From Lama glama (lineage: Eukaryota), in the NCBI GenBank assembly GCA_028534125.1, contig CM052817.1, forward strand, positions 68,016,001 through 68,080,000: a DNA stretch of 64,000 bases, read 5' to 3'. The position numbers were made by a program, and so were the translations under genes. Within the stretch, counting starts at the first letter, position 1. Each line of letters begins with the position of its first letter. Below the pieces are notes generated by a model that worked only from the letters and a program-made list of their open reading frames with translations, made no database searches and was not told the origin of the DNA. Shown here one piece after another: positions 13,201 through 23,159 of this stretch.

Positions 13201-15234
13201 AAAGGATCCTGAAAGAAGCATCTTAAATCCCAGTCATCAAATCAACTGTCATTAAATATCAGCTAATACTAGATCTGAAAGGAAATTCACATGTATTTGC
13301 ACAAGGCACACTCACGTATGCACACACATACACAAACATACGTTCTTTGTTCCCTATAAATGCTCTAAACATCATTCCTTGAAATAAAGTTCTAATTTCT
13401 AGTCACACAGACCTCAAAAATTGGGATGAGTCCCATATTTTTTGGCTATAAAGTTAGGTAAAGGTAAAAAAAAAATGACACAATGTCCAAAAAAATGTAA
13501 TTGGGTGGTCCTGTGGTGGGACTATTACAGAGTGCTGCTCCTGCTGCCGGGGCCACACGCTGAGCCCAGACACCTGGAGCATCAGGGCAGTGAGGCTGCC
13601 TCTGTCTACGGATCCCGAGTGTGTTCAGATCTAAGGAACAAACCTTGTTTTTGACACAGCCATGCCTTTCATGACTGTATATAACTCAGACATCTATATT
13701 TATAAAGAAAATCCAAAAATTCTTTTTGATCCTTTCAGTTCCTTCTATCTTCCTCAGATCAATTATCTTTCTTATGATCTCTAAGTAGGACAAACTACTT
13801 CTGGAGCTATTGTCTATTTTGTTTCTAAAATGCTTCCAAATAATAGTCATCAGGTTGTTGGCTTTTATTTTAAATTTTTTGGTTACGGTCACACTATTTT
13901 TCCCAGCTGATCTGTACATGTTGCTGGGTAACTACGTAATTATTTGTGGGGGTGTTTTCAGTGCTACCACAGTTAACTGTGCTTTGATTCACATGGGCTC
14001 ACCAGAATATGCTTCCCACAATAGTCCTAATAATCACTCAAAAGTCTAGTCTTTTAAAAGTATCCAATTACCAAAGCAAAATTACTTTATCCTAAAATCT
14101 CACCTAATCAACTCATCCTGAATATTCTGTCAATACACATCTAGAAAGTGAAAACTTCTATTACTATCTGGCCTTGTTTTAACCATTACTTCAGACTCAT
14201 TTAACATCTACACATCTGTCTTAAGATAATACTACCCAAGTAGATGAACTTGTTAGAATGAGTTCACTCATTCCCAGCCCACTAATAAACCTTGGGGATA
14301 CAATTTGTTCCATACAGGCTCAGGATGCATGTGGTCTGAACATCACCAAGTCTGACGGATGACTTCAATGTTGTACGTTATTCTGAGCAAGCAAAGGACA
14401 AGCAAGAGCTGACAGCTCTTTGGAGTCAGAGTAACATTCAGTACATTGCAAAATAGAGAGATCTGGGAATATATACCTCAGCAATTCTGATTTAAACATC
14501 TCAATGTGGTTCTCAAGAGATAAAATGCCAAGTCAAAAAGCTTTGACTACAAAGAATTTCATTATTACAAGATGATAAAATCTTCTTGAGAAAGTGTTAC
14601 CTAATCCAGGCTCCTGAATCATGCATGACACTGCTAATGGCGCAAATCCTTGACTTACAAATTTTTAATGGCGAAATCGCATGTATGGTAAGTTCCACTA
14701 GAGCTGATGAAGAGGGAACTGCTCTCTCTGCATTTTGATTTTCTACTATAGTTTTCTCAGTGAAAAATCAGTACAGCACCTTCTTCGTTATTATGAAACA
14801 CAACAAAGCTACCAAACCATGTAATTAAAGCTGGTTGTTAATGTTTCTGAATTCTAATCTTGTTCCCCATATCTAACCATCTTGATCATATTCTCCAACC
14901 ATTTTTTTCCCAAGAGGATTTTTCCTACCAATATGATAGGAAACAATTTTTTTAAAAAAAGATGTAGGATAGAAACTTTAATCTTGCAGATAATTTTAGG
15001 ACAAGCATCAATTATATCTATCTATAAATGTAAAGCTAAAATAAATGGAACTGTCTTAACCCATGATTAGTGAGAAACTACTTTAACAAAGGTAAAAAGT
15101 TTTTGTTTTCCTGAAAGAATGAATAATCAATATTGATAAGAACTAAGTTCAGAATGTAATCTACATAGATATAAAACTGAACACTTGGCTAAAATACACT
15201 GATATTGTAACTGTGTTACTATCACAACTTCCCT

Positions 15235-15745
15235 GCATCTTTCCTTACCTCCTTATGGCCTGTTCTCACCAATGCAGCCAGTGTGATCTCGCTGAAGTCT
15301 AAGTCAGAACATCCTTGGCTCAAAACCCACCAGTGGTTCCATCTTACTCAGAATAAGAAGTGAAATTCTTAAAATGGTCTTTCCAGGGTATTTTACAGGG
15401 TCTTTCATAATAATTTGCCCCTACTTCCACCCCCACATCCACACATCTCCTCCATTCTCCTCTCGACTCTTTTCTTTTCCATTAGCCACTGTGGTTCCTC
15501 GGGTATTTCCTGGCACATCAAGAACTATCAGGTATCCACTTACCTCATGGCCTCTGGGCTGTGGCCTGGAATGATCTTCATTCAGATAGTCACTTGGCTC
15601 AGTCCCTTACCTTCCACAAATCTTGACTCCGGCCAATCCTCTCCTCAGGGAGGCTGTCCCTGACAACAACTCCCATCCCACTCCTGGCACCTTACCCCTC
15701 TCCCCGGCTCATTTTTCATTGTAGCATTCCCCATGGCATTTGTAA
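15235..15745. mobile_element. L2 fragment next to the exon 10 donor
   Basis: gcagccagtgtgatct...tcaaaacccaccagtggttccatcttactcagaataa resemble L2 motifs. Confidence 0.6.
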
Positions 15746-15778
15746 GATTAAACGATGCTTCGGACATTTGCACCTTAC

Positions 15779-15848
15779 CGATTCAACTAATGATCTTGCT
15801 TCCTCTTCAGAGCAATGGAAAGGACTGTCACATATCTGTACGTTTGTG
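15779..15848 (-). CDS. PPA2: PPA2 coding exon 10 (70 nt): (C)[23 protein letters not shown]
   Basis: ctctacag| and |gtaagg boundaries; overlaps ORF 15716..15904; resembles recalled human [23 protein letters not shown]. Confidence 0.95.
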
Positions 15849-16292
15849 CTGTAGAGGAAAAGAAATGTTGTTATCAAATGGGATAAAAAAGGAGCAATTA
15901 CCAAAAAGAAAAGTAACTCTCAGATACTTTACATTTGAGCATATGATTCCAGCCAACAGTTACTGAGTCTGGATCTCACTTGGTAATAACACACACACAT
16001 TCACACACAAACATACACACTCCCTCTCACTCAAAAGGAGACAGAAGACCTTCTAATGCAGAACGCTAAAGCATGACTAGGAATTTGATTAAGATACCTT
16101 GAAAAAAGACCTGAATGAATGAATGGATATAAATTAGGACAAGTGAGATTCTTGTACATTCTTTCCGGCAAGGTTATAAATATAAAGTGCTCCACAACAC
16201 CGCACTCTCCAGAATTAAAAAAAAAATCAAATGATAGTATACAAATTTAAATAATCCCCTGGTATATCTAAAAGGCTATTATACTACACTTT

Positions 16293-17096
16293 TTTTTTAA
16301 ACTGGTACTTAAAGTTGTTTTATTTTTTTAACATTTCTTATTGATTTATAATCATTTTACAATGTTGTGTCTAATTCCAGTGTTCAGCACAATTTTTCAG
16401 TCATTCATGGACATATACACACTNNNNNNNNNNNNNNNNNNNNNNNNNNNNNNNNNNNNNNNNNNNNNNNNNNNNNNNNNNNNNNNNNNNNNNNNNNNNN
16501 NNNNNNNNNNNNNNNNNNNNNNNNNNNNNNNNNNNNNNNNNNNNNNNNNNNNNNNNNNNNNNNNNNNNNNNNNNNNNNNNNNNNNNNNNNNNNNNNNNNN
16601 NNNNNNNNNNNNNNNNNNNNNNNNNNNNNNNNNNNNNNNNNNNNNNNNNNNNNNNNNNNNNNNNNNNNNNNNNNNNNNNNNNNNNNNNNNNNNNNNNNNN
16701 NNNNNNNNNNNNNNNNNNNNNNNNNNNNNNNNNNNNNNNNNNNNNNNNNNNNNNNNNNNNNNNNNNNNNNNNNNNNNNNNNNNNNNNNNNNNNNNNNNNN
16801 NNNNNNNNNNNNNNNNNNNNNNNNNNNNNNNNNNNNNNNNNNNNNNNNNNNNNNNNNNNNNNNNNNNNNNNNNNNNNNNNNNNNNNNNNNNNNNNNNNNN
16901 NNNNNNNNNNNNNNNNNNNNNNNGTCTTATGTTTAAGTCTTTGATCCATTTTGAGTTGATTTTTGTATATGGTGTAAGGGAGTGTTCTAGCTTCATTGTT
17001 TTACATGCTGCTGTCCAGTTTTCCCAACACCATTTGCTGAAGAGACTGTCTTTATTCCATTGTATATTCTTGCCTCCTTTGTCGAAGATTAGTTGA
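16293..17096 (-). mobile_element. Young 5'-truncated L1 spanning an assembly gap
   Basis: Clean ORF2 peptide [25 protein letters not shown]1 3' end on the left of the gap; perfect 17-bp TSD ctattatactacacttt (16276-16292 / 17097-17113). Confidence 0.92.
16424..16923. other. Assembly gap (500 N)
   Basis: Run of N. Confidence 1.
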
Positions 17097-18206
17097 CTAT
17101 TATACTACACTTTACCGAAGAAAAGAAAAACCAAATTTGCCCCATAGAATAATGACCATAAGGAATAATTTTCCTCTAAGTGTGGTGGTTAACACTGTAA
17201 CTGGTTGCTGAAAAGGTACTGTGGAATCTTTCTCAGGCAGGGAGGGAAGATTAAGTGGTGAGAGGAAACCATATGAACACAAGAACTTGGTTTTTGTACA
17301 AGTAAGGAAGTTCAGCAAGGCATGGACAGCAGCTGCTCCCCCATCGGTAAAGGCTCCATCAACTCAAAAGCCTTCACAGACAATGGGGAACAGCACACTG
17401 CCTCCACAAGCATGCCACCAGGCCTGTCTTACTTTCCAGATGAAAGCAAGGACGTCATTCCTCTCAGATGTACTCAGTCCAATTTTTAAAAACTTCTTCA
17501 AAGAAATCAGATTAATATGGATACAGAAAAAGGTAGTAGAAAAGGGGAGTTAAAGCCAAATTATTTTTCAAAATTGAAGGCATACGTGACTAGCAGATCC
17601 CTAAAGGAGGTATTAACAGATGAAACACACACACACTCACGCATGTGCAGGCAAGTGGGTCTGAGGGATACACGTTATCAGATTCCTTTTGGCAATGGCT
17701 TCGTAAGATATGCTGGGGAATAGAGGATAGAAAGGTCTGCCTAGTTACTTACTTATCTTCTTAACTACACCTGTTTGTGATCGGGCACTGGGTACAGAGT
17801 GATTACGAAAATGGTCATTTTGCTTTCTACCCAGACTCGAAATGTGGAATTCGTTTTCATTCTTGGCATGAATGTGGATGTCTGGTGAAAGCTGGCATGA
17901 TCATCTTTAAGACTAAACTACTTTGTACTCCCTTCTCCACAGCTCATGAGTAAGTAAGCTAAAACCTGAAAAAGGTAAGGCCTTTTAAGTTAGATGTTTC
18001 TCTAAAGAAAATCAAAACTAAATTTAAAAAGAACAGGCAAAAAATTAGGCACTGTAAAGTCTTGAGCGCTACTCCTCTGAAGAAAGTGTGATGTATATGA
18101 AACATGGTATAATTAATGTTTTTAACATTAGAACTACACTGAAGAGAAACATTCCTTGGGAATTCTGGGAAAACTATAATGAGAGAACAGGGAGTCTGCT
18201 CTAAAT

Positions 18207-18378
18207 AGAATTGACAGATAAAACACAGAACACTCAATTAAACCTGAATTTCAGATAAATAGCGAATTATTTTTTGTATAAGTATGTCCCAAGTATTGCA
18301 TGAGACATTTATACTGAAATCTGAAATTTAGATATAAGTGATGTCCTATATTTCTGTCTGTTAAATCTGATCGTCTAT
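18207..18378. mobile_element. MER53-like palindromic hAT MITE
   Basis: tgaatttcagataaa...gtataagtatgtcccaagtattgcatgagacatttatac...atctgaaattt, with near dyad symmetry. Confidence 0.8.
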
Positions 18379-18982
18379 TTCTAAAGTAATCCTCTACTCC
18401 CATAACAAGGCAAAGCCATCAACAGAAATATTAGAAAAGAAAAAATATTAAAGCCAGCACTGCAAATTTAAAAAACTGAATAACTTTGAAAAATTATAAA
18501 TAAATCCAATAAAAATATTCTGACAAGTAACCAGCAGAACCTAGGAGAGCCAAAAGACTGACACTTTTCACCTTGGACACCTCATGAGTATGGCTGTTTC
18601 AAGAAAGAAATGGAAGGTATATACAATGGACTTAGGAGATCCTTGCGTGATGTGTAAGATACAAAAGAGGGGAGATTACAAAGCCCCTTGTCACTATTTC
18701 TTCAATAGGCGTCCCTCCATTTTTTTTTTTTTAGCATTTTATTGCTACAAACAGTGCCACCTTCCTCACTAACAGCCTTTCAGTTAATCAAGAATGTAAT
18801 CTGGGTTGCAACATACTTTCCTCAGGATTTAAGGAAGTGATTTTGATTTTGAATGTTTAAAGGTGTAATAATAGGTATTCTACTGAGAAACACTTATTTT
18901 CTCAGAATTGGCCCTTATATAAAAAGTTAACACAGATTGATACTTATTTATTGATTCAGAAAATTATTATTTAGTTTTTTAC

Positions 18983-19146
18983 TAGGGGAGAGCGTGAACA
19001 CAGTCCCCCACTACCACAAATTATGCAGTCAAGTTTCCCACATTTGGGGAAATCACAGGGGTCAGCACATCCAGGTTGCAACTGATAAGCCTGGCCCTGG
19101 GAAAACCACCTTCGTCATCATGGTATCTCCCCTGCCAGATAAGTAT
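18983..19146 (-). pseudogene. RNU1: Full-length (164 nt) U1 snRNA retrocopy or variant in PPA2 intron 9
   Basis: Reverse complement ATACTTATCTGGCAGGGGAGATACCATGATGACGAAGGTGGTTTTCCCAGGG...CATAATTTGTGGTAGTGGGGGACTGTGTTCACGCTCTCCCCTA is collinear with U1; several CpG>TpG/CpA changes; short A-rich tail. Confidence 0.93.
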
Positions 19147-19174
19147 CAAAAGTAGCTATGAGCAGTTTGGATTT

Positions 19175-19360
19175 TACAGTTCTTAAGCAGAGACGTTCAT
19201 GAGAAGCACCAGGGAGCTTTTAAAATATACAGATGCTTAGACACTACTTCTCAGAGAGCCTAATTCATCAGGTTTAAAGACGAGGACAATGCATTTGAAT
19301 GTCTGAATGATTTCCCTAGGAAACTGCACTGTGCTATACGTTGTTGGAGAGAACTACTGT
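19175..19360. mobile_element. MER5A-like hAT-Charlie MITE
   Basis: gaagcaccagggagcttttaaaatatacagatgc ... gagaactactg. Confidence 0.6.
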
Positions 19361-19724
19361 GATAGTGTCCTCAGTTCAGACCTGAACTGAACTGAGTGGG
19401 GAAAACAGGTTAAAATGGAAGGGAGGGAGCTTTGCTAATCAATAACAGAGTACATTTAAAGGAACTGAGGGAGAAAAGCAATTTATTAGGTAAGGACAAA
19501 GGAAATAAGAACTTAACAATCATGAATATATTTTACAAATCAAACAGTGATAAAAAAAAAATAAGGAAAACATGGGTAAAAGTGAGTTAAAATTCAGAAG
19601 ATTTTGATTTTAAATTATCTAGATGCATAAAATTTATATCCAGAAACTTTTATCCCCCAAATTTTTAAGCAAAAATAAAATTATTTTGTTGTATTCTTTG
19701 AAAATGTGGAGAAAAAAATAGCTG

Positions 19725-19950
19725 TTAAGAGACTAAGTTTGAAATCTGGCTTAAATCCTGGCTCCATCACACACAGGGACCTTAGATAGGTCCATTAATC
19801 TCTACATGGCCTCAATCTCCTCATATGTAAAATGAATATAATAATGATACAGATCTTATACATATCTAATATTGCAAATATTAATTAGATAACATATAAA
19901 ACCCTTTGAACCTGAAAAGTAGTATAGAGTTCAAAAAATATCAATTCTTA
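19725..19950 (+). mobile_element. MIR SINE
   Basis: ggcttaaatcctggctcca...gcctcaatctcctcatatgtaaaatg. Confidence 0.65.
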
Positions 19951-21731
19951 TTGTTAATAGATTCCTTATCATTACCTAGCTGGCTACAGCAAAATGACTC
20001 CAGAGCACAGAAACAGTTACCCTCACAGTAAAGATGATTAGAATTGGCACAGAAGGAACGGTGTCAGGCTTTAGAAAAACTAGCCAGAGACATTCTCTAG
20101 CTGTGCCCCTCAGGAAACCTGGAAACCATGCAAGTCCTATCAAAGACTGAAAAAGCTTGTCAGAAAGTTACCTTTAGGAAGGAGATGAAATACCTCTTTG
20201 GACAACTGAAGACCCCTTCGTTTTAGAGGAGCTCATCACATTAACATCTGACTTAGAATGAATGCCCATAAAGAAGAGCTCAGTCTATTAGTTACTAGGA
20301 TAGTCAGGGCTAGATGACATTTAATTATACCCAGTTTCTTTGTTAATTAATTGTACTATTTAAGTTAGGAAGAATTACCTCAATTTTAAGACTGCTGGAA
20401 AAAAAAAAAAAGAATGATCTACACAACAGTAAGAAACATGGAAGGAGATCAGCTACTTGACAGTGTCACTCTAGCCCGCAAGAGAAGCTGATTCTGAAGC
20501 TGTCATGCCCAAGTATTCATGCAGAGGAAAGATGAGCCTTTTGATGACTTGGATAAAATATTCCCTGAGACTGACTAATTCTTTACTCCATGTTACTTTA
20601 TTCCAATGACTTCATTAAATGTGTCTGTGGATTCCCAGACCCAGTGCTGCAGAACAGGGACTCCACTGTATTCGCAGCAGGAACCCTACCACCAGCACAG
20701 TACCTCTCAGGAGCCCCTCTGTCAGTATCTGTCAGAAGAATGAATGGCTTCCCAGCTTCTCCTCATTCAAAGAGAACAGTGAAGCTGGGTAGGACTCTGC
20801 TCTCCAGAAAGAATGTGTACTTTCACCTCCTACAGTTAGGCTTACCCAGGGTCAGCTGTTTTTGTTTCCAAGCCTTTTATGTCAGTTGCTCTCGTTACTA
20901 TAATTTCATAATTTAAGCTGTAATTACACTCATGGATGAAGGCAGTGAGGAAAGAGAACTGTGTCTAGGAACACTGAGTAGGCTCTAAAACTGCTGAGGC
21001 TCTAAAAAGCCTCAAAAAAGGAGAATCACTATAAAACCTTGGTGTCAAGTTAGGTGCGGGTAACACAACTGTAAAAGGTTAGAGGGAAAAAAACCCTAAA
21101 CATTTATAACGCTTTTTAAGTTCAAGGAGTTTAAGGATCACAGGATCTGAACATTATTTTCTATTATATATTAAATTAGACTATATATAATCTATACAGA
21201 ATCTATACAGAAAAAGTCTTAGCTCTTATATCCAAAGACTGATAAGTAAATGTACATTTAAATGTTTTAAAGTAAAATAAAATGTTTCAGTTATATATGT
21301 TACTATTGTTTGATTCCCCTCAATCAACCACCTGGTGACCAAGATCATGTTGGATAAGGAGGCGTTTTATTGTTCTTACCAAGAAAATAGTGTGGTAGTT
21401 ATCATATAAATTAAATAACCATATGTTTGCATGTTGAAAAATTGTTGTTTACTCCACCTTTGCATATATCACATTGTATTATAACTGAATGCCTGTCTAC
21501 TTGACAGTATCCCCCACTAAACTATAAATCCCTTGGGAAAAGGGACCATGTCAATTCCTAGTTTCACAGTGCCCAGCACTTGGTAATACCTTCTAAATAG
21601 GTGCTCTGTAAACATTTTTTAAATGAAAAAAAAAACTGCAATTCTCAAAAAAATCAGATGAGTAGTATTGCATGGCTCCATAGTACCAATTAATAATCAA
21701 ATAACAATACATTGAAAAGACAAATTCTTAC

Positions 21732-21817
21732 CAATTTATAGCCCCTCCATCACACTTCTCCATAAGCAATGCTTTCCAACATTCATGAGTAGATTTAATA
21801 ACTTCAAGAGCAAAAGC
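21732..21817 (-). CDS. PPA2: PPA2 coding exon 9 (86 nt): AFALEVIKSTHECWKALLMEKCDGGAIN(C)
   Basis: taactag| and |gtaaga boundaries; in frame with exons 8 and 10. Confidence 0.95.
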
Positions 21818-21879
21818 CTAGTTACAAATCAAAAATAGACACAGCAATCACATCATTATACTAACATGGAACTATTCAC

Positions 21880-22345
21880 AGTATGACAGTTAATTGTTAA
21901 GAACATGAGCTATGGAGTCGGGCAAACCTGAGTGTAAACTCTGACATCCTTATTTACCAGCTGTGTAACTTTGTGCAAATTACTTAATCTCATTGTCCAA
22001 ATCTCTTCAAGTATAAAATGGAATGTAATGAAGATAATCTAAATCAGGTGTTGGGAAACTTGGGCCCGTGGTCCAAATCCAGCCCGCCACCTGCTCTTGT
22101 ACATAAAGTTTTACTGAACACAAGTATGCCCCTTCACTTGTGCATGGCCTATGACTGCTTTAGCGCCACAATGGAAGAGCTGGGTGGTGTGACAGAGACT
22201 CTGTGGCCTATAAAGTCGAAAATATTTACTATCTGGTCTTTTACAGAAAAAAGTTTGCCAACCCCTGATTTAAATCACAAAGTCGTTGAAAGAATAAGAT
22301 GTATACAAAGTGTTTAGCTTAGTGCCTGGCTTGTAAATAAGCATA
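21880..22345 (+). mobile_element. MIR SINE interrupted by MER58A
   Basis: MIR core (gctgtgtaactttgtgcaaattacttaatctc) before the MITE and MIR tail (aaagtgtttagcttagtgcctggc) after it. Confidence 0.7.
22045..22267 (+). mobile_element. MER58A hAT-Charlie MITE
   Basis: TIRs caggtgttgggaaact / agtttgccaacccctg; 8-bp TSD atctaaat / atttaaat. Confidence 0.88.
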
Positions 22346-23031
22346 TACCTCTTGATTTCATCATCATGATGATGAAATCAAAGCTGTAAGTAGCCTAATT
22401 GCATAATCATTTTAGACTACCCACTGTCTGAAGGTAGGAAACCTAATATTTTCTAATTTTTTCTTAATATGAATTCATATAGTATCTAAAAAGGCAAAAT
22501 CAACAATAGATATGTATCTAGTAAGACCATCAAAGGAAAACTTGCTTTATTATTCCCAAGCAGAAAATTCTCTAGAGTTTTTTCCTTCCCAAAATGTTGG
22601 TAATTTTCCTTAGGTAGTGTTCTTACGTATTAACTCATTTGTGCTAGCTCCTTTCTCTTTCAATGACAACTAAACACATTATGATAAGAATGAAGAAAAT
22701 AGAGAGTCTTGGGAACTGAGGCTGAATGATGGGGAAATTTACTTCTGAAGAGAAAACATTCCCTCAGGTCTGCTGTTGCCTGAGATGAAGGAAACAGACA
22801 TAGATAAACAGATGGATAAAGGTATTTATTAGTCTTATTGATTCACTTAGAGAGATCTCCTCAAACTTTTAAAAAAATAAACAAATGATAAAATAATGTC
22901 TTTAAATATGAAAGTCAGTAAAAAGCACTTTTGTGTAATACACAAATATTCACATAAGAACCCCCCCAAAGTGAAAGAAGTATTATACAGGTATCACAGG
23001 CACATTTAAAAATAAAGATTAGCATCTTCAC

Positions 23032-23159
23032 CTTGTTTTGGAATTCTCCATTAAAAGCAAACTGGTTTTCTGGTTTTCCCTCTGGTACTTTATAAAATCT
23101 AAACCAATTAAGCGTAGCTTCCAAGTAACCAGGTTTGTACTTCCTAACATCATCAATAT
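23032..23159 (-). CDS. PPA2: PPA2 coding exon 8 (128 nt): (D)[42 protein letters not shown]
   Basis: cttacag| and |gtgaag boundaries; phase matches exon 7; WFRxYKVPxGKPEN motif; overlaps ORF 22915..23124. Confidence 0.97.

Noticed and set aside
16341..17096. Long ORFs of 182-251 aa
   Set aside because: Artefacts of translating through 500 N; the flanks are L1
21189..21212. Short tandem duplications (aatctatacag x2; similar near 3377, 13077 and 31450)
   Set aside because: Ordinary slippage duplications with no spacer structure; not CRISPR-like arrays
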